Of a DNA stretch of 64,000 bases, positions 34,858 to 43,462 are shown piece by piece. Location: assembly GCA_048938385.1 (NCBI GenBank), contig JBHLMG010000001.1, positions 12,153 through 76,152 on the forward strand, given 5' to 3'. Position 1 is the first letter of the stretch. Each line of letters opens with the position of its first letter. The notes beneath the pieces are model-generated. The model had not been told where the DNA came from. It did not search any database and saw nothing but the letters and a program-made list of their open reading frames with translations. Made by a program: the position numbers and the translations under genes. This DNA comes from Promethearchaeota archaeon. Lineage in GTDB: Archaea; Asgardarchaeota; Hermodarchaeia; Hermodarchaeales; Hermodarchaeaceae.

Positions 34858-36426
34858 ATGGCGAAAGGAAAAACAGTGAGGTATAAAATTCTAAGACATA
34901 ATCCCGACATCGATGATGAACCGATTTTCGTCACCTATGATGTTCCCTATTCTGACCGCCAAGGCGTCCTTGATGCTTTACACCACATTTTTCGGGATTT
35001 AGATTCAACCTTAGCCTATAGGTGGAATTGTCGTACTGGGCAATGTGGGTCATGCGCTATTAGTATTAATGGGGTTCCAGGACTTGCGTGCCGAACTGTA
35101 GTAGATCCAACAAAGGAGTACATTCTAGAGCCTTTACCCAATTTTCCTGTTATTCGTGATTTGGTCGTCGATCTCGGACCTGGGTTTAAGCGTCTTGAAA
35201 AACTTCGTCCATATCTTGAGAGAACCTCTGCACCTGATCGTCCCGAAAAGCTAACACGGGAGGAGGTTTCAGCCGCCATGGAGTTACGCTCTTGCATAGA
35301 ATGTTTCTCATGCTATGCTGCTTGTCCCGCGGTTGCCTCTGCCAAGCAAGAATATCCTGGGCCAATCGCCATGAGGGAGCTAGCTAGTTTTGAATTCGAT
35401 CCGCGTGATCAAGGTGATCGTGTACAATTAGCAGTTAGCAGCGGGTTGTATGATTGTACTAGCTGTGGAATATGTAAAGAGGTCTGTGTTCCAAAACATA
35501 TTGACACTCGGCGTACTGCTGTTGAAGGGTTGCGAGCTCTTGCTGTTGACCGCAAAATGGGACCCTTGGAAGGGCATCTAGGCTTTATCAAACAGATTGA
35601 AGATACGGGGTATGCTGTCGATGTTAAAACTACCCCACTTACTGATCAATTACCCGATGTTATAGATGTGGAAAACCCGATCGATGAAGTCTTATTCTTT
35701 CCGGGTTGTCTAATCAATCTCCGGATTCAACAAGTGGGAATGAATGTTATCGAAGTATTGAAGAAAAATAAGGTTCGTGTGCATATACCCAAAGATTTCG
35801 TTTGCTGTACTAGTGTGGCTTTTAGAACAGGGGCCCGAACAGTTGCTTATGATATGGTTTTACGGAACACAGATTATTTTCGAAAATTAGGCGTCAATAA
35901 GGTTGTTGGTTTATGCCCTGGTTGCATGTCGACCATCAAGCAAGATTGGCCAGTGGTCTTACATGAAAAAGATAGTCCTCCGTACGACTTTGAACCCTTT
36001 GATATCAATGAGTACTTAATTGGAGTGGTAGGGGTTGAACGAATTAATCAAAAGGAGCTCAAGCCACTTCCAATCCGAGTTGTATACCATGATCCCTGCC
36101 ATTTGAATCGCCATCAAGGAATTAGCGAAGAGCCTCGAAAGCTCATCCAAATGATACCAGGTCTCGAGTTCATAGATATCAAAGACAGCGATCGGTGTTG
36201 TGGCGCGGGTGGTGGTGTTCGAGCTGGTCGGCGAGAACTTTCAGAAGATATTGCTGGAATAAAATTTGAACTACTTAGCGAGGTAAATCCTGATGTAATA
36301 GCAACATCGTGCTCTTTTTGTTACATTCAGCTCCTTGATGCAGTAAAGAAGGCTGGTTCACAAATCAAAGTAATGAATATCACAGATTTACTGGCAATGT
36401 CATATCGTGGTGAGGCTCTCAAATAA
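34858..36426 (+). CDS. tfrB: fumarate reductase Fe-S subunit fused to HdrD-like CCG domains (TfrB-like)
   Basis: ORF track, 522 aa. 2Fe-2S CRTGQCGSCAISING, 4Fe-4S CIECFSCYAACP and CTSCGICKEVC. The C-terminal half carries two Cys-rich CCG-type motifs (FFPGC...CCTS...CPGC; DPCH...DRCCGAGGG...CSFC). Confidence 0.8.
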   Translation: MAKGKTVRYKILRHNPDIDDEPIFVTYDVPYSDRQGVLDALHHIFRDLDSTLAYRWNCRTGQCGSCAISINGVPGLACRTVVDPTKEYILEPLPNFPVIRDLVVDLGPGFKRLEKLRPYLERTSAPDRPEKLTREEVSAAMELRSCIECFSCYAACPAVASAKQEYPGPIAMRELASFEFDPRDQGDRVQLAVSSGLYDCTSCGICKEVCVPKHIDTRRTAVEGLRALAVDRKMGPLEGHLGFIKQIEDTGYAVDVKTTPLTDQLPDVIDVENPIDEVLFFPGCLINLRIQQVGMNVIEVLKKNKVRVHIPKDFVCCTSVAFRTGARTVAYDMVLRNTDYFRKLGVNKVVGLCPGCMSTIKQDWPVVLHEKDSPPYDFEPFDINEYLIGVVGVERINQKELKPLPIRVVYHDPCHLNRHQGISEEPRKLIQMIPGLEFIDIKDSDRCCGAGGGVRAGRRELSEDIAGIKFELLSEVNPDVIATSCSFCYIQLLDAVKKAGSQIKVMNITDLLAMSYRGEALK

Positions 36427-36435
36427 GTGATTTGA

Positions 36436-37035
36436 TTACACCCCGGCAGTTTTGTAAACAGTTTTTCTATTCTTTTCCACCTGTTCTCTAATTTGTTCGA
36501 AGAGATTTTCACCAGTCGCATCAATTGCGACGATCAAAGGTCCGAACCGTTCAACTTCCATAATCCAAAGAGCTTCTGGCATTCCGAGATCCAACCAAGC
36601 TACATCTCGGATACGCCGAACAGCCTTGGCTGCCAAGACAGCTGCACCTCCGGTGAAGGCACCATAAATCGCTCCGATCTTCCTCATTGCTGCAGCTGTT
36701 TTTGCCCCCATTCCTCCCTTACCAATAATAACTCGAACTTGAAATGCCTCAATAAACTTGTCTTCAAACATTTCCATGCGAGTACTTGTTGTCGGACCCG
36801 CTGCTACTAATTCCCATTCTCCATCATGTTTCCTTACAATTGGTCCACAATGAAACAGGGCTAAACCATCGGGTTGAATTGGCAATGGTTTGTTTAATTC
36901 ATACCATTCGAGGGCCCGTTCGTGTGCTTCATCACGAGCCGTAAAGATGGTTCCAGAGATGTAAACGATATCATTAACACGAAGCTTTCGAATTGTCTTT
37001 TCTGAGATAGGAGTAGTCAACTCGTATGTTGCCAT
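36436..37035 (-). CDS. fumB: class I (Fe-S) fumarate hydratase, beta subunit
   Basis: ORF track, 199 aa. ISGTIFTARDEAHERA, IIGKGGMG, GAFTGGAAVLAA. Sits immediately downstream of the alpha subunit (1-nt gap). Confidence 0.85.
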   Translation of the reverse strand: MATYELTTPISEKTIRKLRVNDIVYISGTIFTARDEAHERALEWYELNKPLPIQPDGLALFHCGPIVRKHDGEWELVAAGPTTSTRMEMFEDKFIEAFQVRVIIGKGGMGAKTAAAMRKIGAIYGAFTGGAAVLAAKAVRRIRDVAWLDLGMPEALWIMEVERFGPLIVAIDATGENLFEQIREQVEKNRKTVYKTAGV

Positions 37036-37036
37036 T

Positions 37037-37915
37037 TTACTTCACCTTATGTGAGGTGTATTCCACCTTTCCTTCTTTGCTAATAGTTGCTGAAGCACGT
37101 CTGGCTGCCCAACACTGCACAGCTAAACCAACAGGGAACGAAGCAGGATGCCGCATAGCTATATCAATGTGCACATCTAACACTGTAGTGTCTCCACCAA
37201 GTCCCATTGGACCGATTCCCGTTCTATTAAGACCCTGCCTGAGATCTTCTTCAATTTTAGCCACTTTAGGATCAGAGTGGCGTTGACCTACTGGTCTTAG
37301 TAATTGCTCTTTTGCTATCTTCAAGCTAATGTCTGCGCCTCCTCCAATACCAATCCCAATAATAGTCGGTGGACACGGCTTGGCTCCTGCTTCAATCATT
37401 GAATCAATTACGAATTGTTTCATACCATTCAATCCCTGACCCGGGGTAAGCATTCCTAATTTGCAGACATTCTCTGAACCACCCCCCTTTGGTAAAGCTG
37501 TGACATGTAGATCAGAACCATCAGTGATCTTCCAATTTATCCAGGGAATATTGAGACCGGTGTTATCACCAGGATTCTTATGTAAAATTGGATTTACTGT
37601 ATTTGGGCGAAGCGGAATCTTCTGAGTTGCTTTTCGAACGGCATTAGTAAGGATTTGTGGAATCTCGTTTAATAATGGAAATTTAGTACCTACGGTAACA
37701 TAGAAAATTTGTATTCCTGTATCTTGGCACATGGGGATCGAACGCTGACGCGCAAGTTCGATGTTTTCAAGAATGGCCTGTAATTGATTCTTTGCCGTAA
37801 GGTTTCGTTCATTTTTCAGCGCCTCTTCGAGTCCTTTAGATACATCTCGGGGTAAATCAGTAACAGCTAAACGCAAGAGGTTAACAATAACCTCTTCCAA
37901 GTCGTTAGCATTCAT
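37037..37915 (-). CDS. fumA: class I (Fe-S) fumarate hydratase, alpha subunit
   Basis: ORF track, 292 aa. PMCQDTGI, LPKGGGSEN, CPPTIIGIGIGG, typical of the Fe-S hydro-lyase alpha domain. Confidence 0.85.
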   Translation of the reverse strand: MNANDLEEVIVNLLRLAVTDLPRDVSKGLEEALKNERNLTAKNQLQAILENIELARQRSIPMCQDTGIQIFYVTVGTKFPLLNEIPQILTNAVRKATQKIPLRPNTVNPILHKNPGDNTGLNIPWINWKITDGSDLHVTALPKGGGSENVCKLGMLTPGQGLNGMKQFVIDSMIEAGAKPCPPTIIGIGIGGGADISLKIAKEQLLRPVGQRHSDPKVAKIEEDLRQGLNRTGIGPMGLGGDTTVLDVHIDIAMRHPASFPVGLAVQCWAARRASATISKEGKVEYTSHKVK

Positions 37916-37954
37916 TCAGATCATCTCCTACCAGAGATAATCACATTGACCCGC

Positions 37955-38545
37955 TCATCTACCTATCGTTTTGGGTTGTGCAAGTTGGGACCCCAAGAGG
38001 ATTTTGCGTAAAAGCTCTTGTAAGAGATTAACTGTGCGTATGCCTTGCGTGGCAACCGTTTCAAATATTTCCGACGACCCATTCAGACCAAGGGCATTGA
38101 TAAAGTCAACACGGCTAAGTAAAGGAAGAATATCGCGCTTATTTAATGCGAAAACAACAGGTATATCCGAACTAAGACGCGATCCAAAATAACCTTGAAG
38201 TTCTTTCCAACATCGTTGGTTCTCCCCAATTAACTTCGGGTTGGAATCGGCGACAAACACAATGCCATCTGTTCCAGTTAGAACCGTTGAACGCGTCTCA
38301 GCATAGTAGTCTTGACCTGTCGCTGACCAAATGTGAATTTGCAGAATCCACTCCCCCTGAGTGAGTTCTATTGGACCATAATCAAAAAAAAGTGTTCGAC
38401 CTGTTGTTGTTTCTATCGACTCAAGCCGTGAGAGAATATTTAGGTGACGAAAAAGAGAGCGAATACTTTCAGTTTTTCCACTCATTGCAGGGCCATAATA
38501 GACAATTTTGGTCTGAATAATCCGTTGACTCCAATCAATTAACAA
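37955..38545 (-). CDS. small Ras-superfamily GTPase, MglA/Arf-like
   Basis: ORF track, 196 aa. G1 KIVYYGPAMSGKTE, G3 IWSATGQDYY, G4 ALNKRD. Last gene of a three-gene minus-strand unit with Roadblock domains. Confidence 0.8.
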   Translation of the reverse strand: MLIDWSQRIIQTKIVYYGPAMSGKTESIRSLFRHLNILSRLESIETTTGRTLFFDYGPIELTQGEWILQIHIWSATGQDYYAETRSTVLTGTDGIVFVADSNPKLIGENQRCWKELQGYFGSRLSSDIPVVFALNKRDILPLLSRVDFINALGLNGSSEIFETVATQGIRTVNLLQELLRKILLGSQLAQPKTIGR

Positions 38546-38567
38546 GATCTCAGTCCTCCGACTGTTT

Positions 38568-39458
38568 TCAAATTGACCAAAATCCTTCTAGTCGATCACC
38601 AACTGATTGACCGGTTCCATCTTGCACTGAGTTTTCAAAATCTTCGCCCCATTCAGATTTAATGAACTCCATGAGCCGCTCAATTGAGGCTCCTTTGTAA
38701 TCAATGGCTTGTTGAAGCATCTTATTCGAGATTGTAGATTTTACTCCGACTCCTTGAAGCAAACGAAGCCGCATTAAAATTATTAAAACCCGCCAAGCGG
38801 CCTCCACAAAACCCTGAATGTGCTCTCGGTAAAGGCTTTGACGAACTCGTTCTTCTTCATTATTGAGATCAATCAAACTACTTTCTAATCTTTTACTTAC
38901 CTTACCTTGTGCTGCTCTGCGTAGTATTCGAGTGATTCGTTCCATTTTCATTCTGGTTTCTGATGTCACCTTTTCTAGTAATTTTTCTTCAAAGCCAACC
39001 TTGGATACAGACTTATATCCACCATTTGATTCGAGTTTGAGCCCCCCTTCCCTGTGTCGTAAAATTATTGGTGAGAATGAGTTATTACTAATATTACTGT
39101 GAACCTGATCAAAATAACTCGAATCTGTTACTATGATCCATCCTTGAAAATTGGATATCTCATTACTTACAAGATTCATGGAGGATGACGGAGATCGATA
39201 AATCATACGCTCTCCGTTATAATCACTTTTCTCGTGCTCTACCATTCTCGTGTGTTCAGAATTAGAAATGAAATCAGATCCAAACACTACTTCTCGTCTG
39301 TGTGGCACTAATTTGACTAAGGCTTCTGCTATCATATCGGCTGATTCGGGAGAATCACTAGAAATAATCACGGGATAACGATCTAAAATAGAACGTAGCA
39401 CGATTGCAAGATTTTTGCGATTTAATGTATTCAATTCGCCATCAAGGAAGATATTCAT
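38568..39458 (-). CDS. hypothetical protein between the Roadblock protein and the GTPase
   Basis: ORF track, 296 aa. 4-nt overlap with the upstream gene and a 22-nt gap to the GTPase gene. No motif recognised; the C-terminal half is helical and charged. Confidence 0.6.
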   Translation of the reverse strand: MNIFLDGELNTLNRKNLAIVLRSILDRYPVIISSDSPESADMIAEALVKLVPHRREVVFGSDFISNSEHTRMVEHEKSDYNGERMIYRSPSSSMNLVSNEISNFQGWIIVTDSSYFDQVHSNISNNSFSPIILRHREGGLKLESNGGYKSVSKVGFEEKLLEKVTSETRMKMERITRILRRAAQGKVSKRLESSLIDLNNEEERVRQSLYREHIQGFVEAAWRVLIILMRLRLLQGVGVKSTISNKMLQQAIDYKGASIERLMEFIKSEWGEDFENSVQDGTGQSVGDRLEGFWSI

Positions 39459-40369
39459 CGTGCTATCGCCTCTAAAAATCCGTTTACATCCAATGTCGGG
39501 CGTTGAGCCGTAGGTGCCTTTTGTAACACGGATTCAATTTCAGATATGAAGTTTGGAATCACAAGTCGAAGTAATCCCAGGCGCATTGAATCCTTTTTTA
39601 TCAATGTGCTAAAGAGCCCACCGGCAAGTCGGTAAATGAAATGTTGTTGGTTACCACAATCACAAAGTACCTGAAGAATTCTCGTTCGCTTAACAAGTTG
39701 GGCGACCTTCCGAGAAGTATCAAAAAGAGTATAGGTTAATGTTGAGTTTCTAATTCGGACGCCTTCGTTGTATCGCTGCGTTGGAATCAAATAACCACCT
39801 TCAAGGCATACTTCACCAGTTTCTGCTGATGGTAATGCCTGAAGAAAATCCATAACTATCTCAGTAATTTGCTGAGCTGTACTTTCGGTGATTGAAAGGT
39901 TCACAGTGCTTGGTGTCCAAGTTCGCTGTGGCCCTTCGCGCACATTAAACGCGTTATATATCTGTGCCTTTTCTCTGTTCTCAAATGCTCGTAAAGGTGG
40001 AATAAAGTGTTCGTTCCATAGCGACTCATCGAGATGCCTTATAGTGCGTTCAAGCTGTAGAAGTAGTGCTCCAAGATTACTTTGACTTTGTGTAGTTACA
40101 GTAATGAAATAGTTACTTGCCCGTGGAAGCGTTGCAAGTAAGAACTTGCTTCTTTCTCCCTCAATAAGAACATAGGATAAATCATCATGCAGCCGTTGGG
40201 CAACAGATAGAATCGCAGCCGCTGACGATGATAACCCAAATATCTCGTTTTCTGAAAGCCAGACGCCGCTACTTGTGATGGGATATCCATCTCGTTGTGC
40301 TAAAACAGAGTTTTCTACTCCAGGAACAGCTTTGATGCTTTGGAGATGTAAATTACACTGGTCTAGCAT
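39455..40369 (-). CDS. tandem Roadblock/LC7 (MglB-like) domain protein
   Basis: LQSIKAVPGVENSVLAQRDGYPITSSG...LSSSAAAILSVAQRL is the Roadblock/LC7 signature, and a second divergent copy occupies the C-terminal half. I prefer ATG 40369 because the track start 40480 overlaps tRNA-Leu. Confidence 0.7.
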   Translation of the reverse strand: MLDQCNLHLQSIKAVPGVENSVLAQRDGYPITSSGVWLSENEIFGLSSSAAAILSVAQRLHDDLSYVLIEGERSKFLLATLPRASNYFITVTTQSQSNLGALLLQLERTIRHLDESLWNEHFIPPLRAFENREKAQIYNAFNVREGPQRTWTPSTVNLSITESTAQQITEIVMDFLQALPSAETGEVCLEGGYLIPTQRYNEGVRIRNSTLTYTLFDTSRKVAQLVKRTRILQVLCDCGNQQHFIYRLAGGLFSTLIKKDSMRLGLLRLVIPNFISEIESVLQKAPTAQRPTLDVNGFLEAIAR

Positions 40370-40455
40370 TTTATGTGACACTATTAGCAAGCTCCATAAT
40401 TTGGAGAAGCTTTGCGTATAAAAACCAGCAAAAGTGATCAGATTCGTGAAAGAGG

Positions 40456-40567
40456 TGCGGGGGGTGGGATTCGAACCCACGAAGGTCTACACCACAGGAG
40501 CCTCAGTCCTGCCCCTTTAGTCAGATTTCATAACTGAAATCCTTAGACCATGCTCGGGTACCCCCGC
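40456..40567 (-). tRNA. tRNA-Leu(GAG), class II, with ~26-nt intron in the D-loop
   Basis: Hand fold. Acceptor GCGGGGG/CCCCCGC, A73. D region CCC-GAGCATGGTCTAA[GGATTTCAGTTATGAAATCTGACTAA]A-GGG (intron ~40517-40542, junction slides up to 4 nt). Anticodon arm CAGGA-CTGAGGC-TCCTG. Long variable arm, T arm GTGGG-TTCGAAT-CCCAC. Confidence 0.8.
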
Positions 40568-40915
40568 AGCATCAGTAAGCATCCCGTTTTCTCCTCACTT
40601 TTTAACTTTGTCGGCGAGATGCCTCATTTCCTTGAGAAGGGGAATCAATCATCGTGTTTGTCAGTGTACTTGTATAAACCCAATCCTTCATGTTATGAAG
40701 GCTCAATAGATCATTTGGCGCCAATAAACCCCGAATTCCATTCGATGGAATGTGCAGCTTTTTTACTTGGCTCTAGCAGCTCAAAAAACGCGATTCTCAG
40801 TTGAAATGGTTTTTTTGGTGGGTAATACTCGTTTTTTTTCAAAGGTTTTGAGTTTCGAGCTTTAATAAAGCTTGGTTTCCTCCGTGGTGGATTCACTTTG
40901 ACTGAATATATTCTA

Positions 40916-40961
40916 TGGGTAATACGCAGATAATACCAGCATCTTTTCAGAGCATTACCCA
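40916..40961 (+). promoter_or_regulatory. inverted repeat TGGGTAAT...ATTACCCA directly upstream of the RHH gene
   Basis: 8-nt arms at 40916-40923 and 40954-40961, read directly. The repeat ends 3 nt before ATG 40965. GGGTAATAC also occurs about 100 nt upstream. Confidence 0.25.
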
Positions 40962-40964
40962 GGT

Positions 40965-41147
40965 ATGTATCTGATTGAAATGAAGCTGATCACAGTTAAT
41001 CTACCCGAAGCTTATGTTAACGGCATTGAAAAACTGATCGTCGAAAAACTCTACCCCAATCGAAGTGAGGCCATTCGAATTGCAGTGAGAGATCTTCTGA
41101 AGAAAGAACTTTGGGAGAGCAATTCTCCACAAATGAAAGCTAGGTGA
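40965..41147 (+). CDS. ribbon-helix-helix (CopG-like) protein, CdrS-like position upstream of ftsZ
   Basis: ORF track, 60 aa. KLITVNLPEAYVNGIEKLIVEKLYPNRSEAIRIAVRDLL is a canonical RHH. Stop lies 6 nt before the ftsZ ATG. Confidence 0.75.
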   Translation: MYLIEMKLITVNLPEAYVNGIEKLIVEKLYPNRSEAIRIAVRDLLKKELWESNSPQMKAR

Positions 41148-41153
41148 AACGCA

Positions 41154-42491
41154 ATGGGAGCGGGTTTATCAAAAATTGTACAGGATGCCGCTAGACGCCC
41201 TACACCTACTCCAACTCGGTTTTCGAAAACTGGAGCTAGAATAATGGTTGCTGGTGTCGGGGGTGGTGGAAATAACACCATAAACCGACTCGTTCAGATT
41301 GGTATCCAAGGGGCTGAATGTATCGCAGTTAACACTGACCAACAGCATCTTGATCATGTTGACGCTCACCAGAAACTGCTAATAGGAAAAACAATAACTA
41401 GAGGTTTAGGAACGGGTGGGTTTCCTGAATTAGGTGCAGCAGCAGCTGAAGAATCTCGGCAAGATCTAATTAATCTCCTTCGTGGAGTTGATTTGCTATT
41501 TATTGCAGCAGGATTAGGGGGTGGAACAGGAACCGGTGCCGCACCTGTAATTGCTGAAATTGCTAAACAAAATGGCGCTATTGTTGTCTGCACAGTCACT
41601 ACGCCTTTCACCATTGAAGGCGCCCGTATCGATAAAGCTCATAGAGGGCTCCAAAGGTTGCGTCGATATGCGGACACCGTTATAGTAATTGATAACAACA
41701 AACTTCTTGAAATTGCACGAGACCTTCCAATAGATGAGGCGTTTAGTGTTGCTGATGAAATTCTTGCAAGTATGGTAAAAGGGGTTACTGAGACCATTAG
41801 CCTACCGAGCCTCATTAACCTTGATTTTGCGGATGTAAGAAGCGTCTTAGCGGGTGGTGGTGTAGCTCTAGTCGGTCTTGGAGAAGCTGCCCCTTCGGAA
41901 AACAAAAATTACGACCGTATTTCCGAAGCTGTGAAGAACGCCCTTCATTCACCATTACTTGGAGATCTAAGCGTTAAAGGAGCAACAGGAGCGTTGATAC
42001 ATGTCATTGGTGGACCTGATCTTAGTCTTGAAGAGGCAACTCGAGTTGCAGATGTTGTCACACGCCAAATGCGCCATGACGCTAGAATAATTTGGGGTGC
42101 CCGTATCCTTCCTGATTTTGCTGGGTATGTGCGTGTTTTGTTAATCGTAACCGGACTAGAGGGTAATTCAGCCGTACTACCTGGGTTCAGGGGCAACATC
42201 GAGATATTCGACGATGTCGATTGGGGCGCTCTTCAATTGTATCGGATTGATGCCCCAGAAGATAGTATAGGATCAACAAGCGAAATCCTTTCAGGAATAG
42301 CGCATACCTTCGAAGGAACAACATCTACTCCTCTGGTTCCTGATCAACCCGGGGAAATCCGCGAACACACACCCGCTTCACAATCACATGTTCCCACAGC
42401 ATTTCCAATGGCTTCGAGCTTCATAGAAAATGAACCCTTGCAAGGGCTAGGGTTGAAAAAAATCGAATCCACCTCGAGCGCTAGTTCATAG
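41154..42491 (+). CDS. ftsZ: cell division GTPase FtsZ
   Basis: ORF track, 445 aa. GVGGGGNNTINRL and tubulin signature GLGGGTGTGAAPVIAEIAK, then NTDQQHL and VIDNNKL. Long low-complexity C-terminal tail. Confidence 0.92.
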   Translation: MGAGLSKIVQDAARRPTPTPTRFSKTGARIMVAGVGGGGNNTINRLVQIGIQGAECIAVNTDQQHLDHVDAHQKLLIGKTITRGLGTGGFPELGAAAAEESRQDLINLLRGVDLLFIAAGLGGGTGTGAAPVIAEIAKQNGAIVVCTVTTPFTIEGARIDKAHRGLQRLRRYADTVIVIDNNKLLEIARDLPIDEAFSVADEILASMVKGVTETISLPSLINLDFADVRSVLAGGGVALVGLGEAAPSENKNYDRISEAVKNALHSPLLGDLSVKGATGALIHVIGGPDLSLEEATRVADVVTRQMRHDARIIWGARILPDFAGYVRVLLIVTGLEGNSAVLPGFRGNIEIFDDVDWGALQLYRIDAPEDSIGSTSEILSGIAHTFEGTTSTPLVPDQPGEIREHTPASQSHVPTAFPMASSFIENEPLQGLGLKKIESTSSASS

Positions 42492-42511
42492 TAACCACAA
42501 ACGGTGAACTA

Positions 42512-42772
42512 TCAACCCATCCAACCAAAAAACGCCTGTCGCAACTGGTCCAATTGAATAAGGATTGACTGAAAAAGTCCCTGTGACCAACCTATCACAT
42601 CGAGAATAATTGTAATGAGTATTGCGATGGTCAGAATTGCTAGACCAAGTAAAAGTCCTTCCTCAACTAGGGGTGATCCTCGTCTATTTCGAATGAAATC
42701 AATAAGTATCTGAAATAGCCGCATTCTCAAGTCCTGTAAACTACTTTTCGCTTCACTATTTAAGCTCCACAA
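42512..42772 (-). CDS. small class III signal peptide (archaeal type IV pilin-like) protein
   Basis: ORF track, 86 aa. RRGSPLVEEGLLLGLAILTIAILITIIL resembles the (K/R)G-x-S/x-E hydrophobic prepilin N-terminus, although it is preceded by ~30 aa, so the real start may be internal. Last gene of the pilus operon. Confidence 0.5.
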   Translation of the reverse strand: MWSLNSEAKSSLQDLRMRLFQILIDFIRNRRGSPLVEEGLLLGLAILTIAILITIILDVIGWSQGLFQSILIQLDQLRQAFFGWMG

Positions 42773-43462
42773 TTAAATGAATGCAAAGAGAAGTTGGCTA
42801 GTAAGAATGTAAGTGCAGCCAAAGGCCATAACATACAAGAACACTGTCCGCATAGATCCTTCAACGGTTTGGTTAAGTCGATATCCAGTAACAATGACGG
42901 TTAGGAATAACGCAGTGAGAACTGAAAACGAAAAGGGCGTTTGGATCCCAGGGTCAGGATAGTTGAACCCTCCAGCAATGAACGCTAATGATAACATTGG
43001 AGCTAAAGCGGTAATCATACCCAAAACTATCGATGAAACAAGAGCGAGAGCCAATACTTTCACTTTCTGACTCGAAATAAGGCTCTTCCGCACTTTAGTC
43101 ATTGCATTGTTTTTGCGAACTTGTTTAATTACTTGTAACATTCTTTCGCCTCCAACCTTCGATCCTTTTTCAAGAAAACGACCCAACAGCTCAACTAATC
43201 GAGAATATTTCGTATAGGAATATGTAGAACACAAATCTCCCCAGGCTTTTCGAAACGATTTCGTACCTTCTAGAATTCCTCTAATAGCTCGTCTAATGAA
43301 ATCTGGCGTTTGGTCGCCAAAATACTCTGCAGTGCGAACTAAGGCAAACTCAGGACTAGCCCCAGAAGTTAATTCGTAGGAAAAATGAGCGATGAAATCC
43401 ACAAATTGATCAAATCCATTATTTTGTCCCAATCCTTCATTCCCCCAATAGAATGAGCTCAT
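42773..43462 (-). CDS. TadC/FlaJ-like type II secretion system F-domain membrane protein
   Basis: ORF track, 229 aa. Cytoplasmic helical N-domain followed by TM helices. Position next to the secretion ATPase. Confidence 0.6.
   Translation of the reverse strand: MSSFYWGNEGLGQNNGFDQFVDFIAHFSYELTSGASPEFALVRTAEYFGDQTPDFIRRAIRGILEGTKSFRKAWGDLCSTYSYTKYSRLVELLGRFLEKGSKVGGERMLQVIKQVRKNNAMTKVRKSLISSQKVKVLALALVSSIVLGMITALAPMLSLAFIAGGFNYPDPGIQTPFSFSVLTALFLTVIVTGYRLNQTVEGSMRTVFLYVMAFGCTYILTSQLLFAFI

Noticed and set aside
40370-40480. N-terminal 37 aa of the Roadblock ORF as given in the track.
   Set aside because: This stretch overlaps tRNA-Leu (40456-40567) on the same strand. The conserved Roadblock domain begins right after the internal ATG 40369.
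40550-40896. ORFs 40550-40804 (+) and 40711-40896 (-) in the spacer upstream of the RHH/ftsZ genes.
   Set aside because: They overlap each other and the tRNA-Leu 5' end. They have no start context or recognisable motif, and the region is dominated by hairpins and T-runs typical of non-coding spacer.
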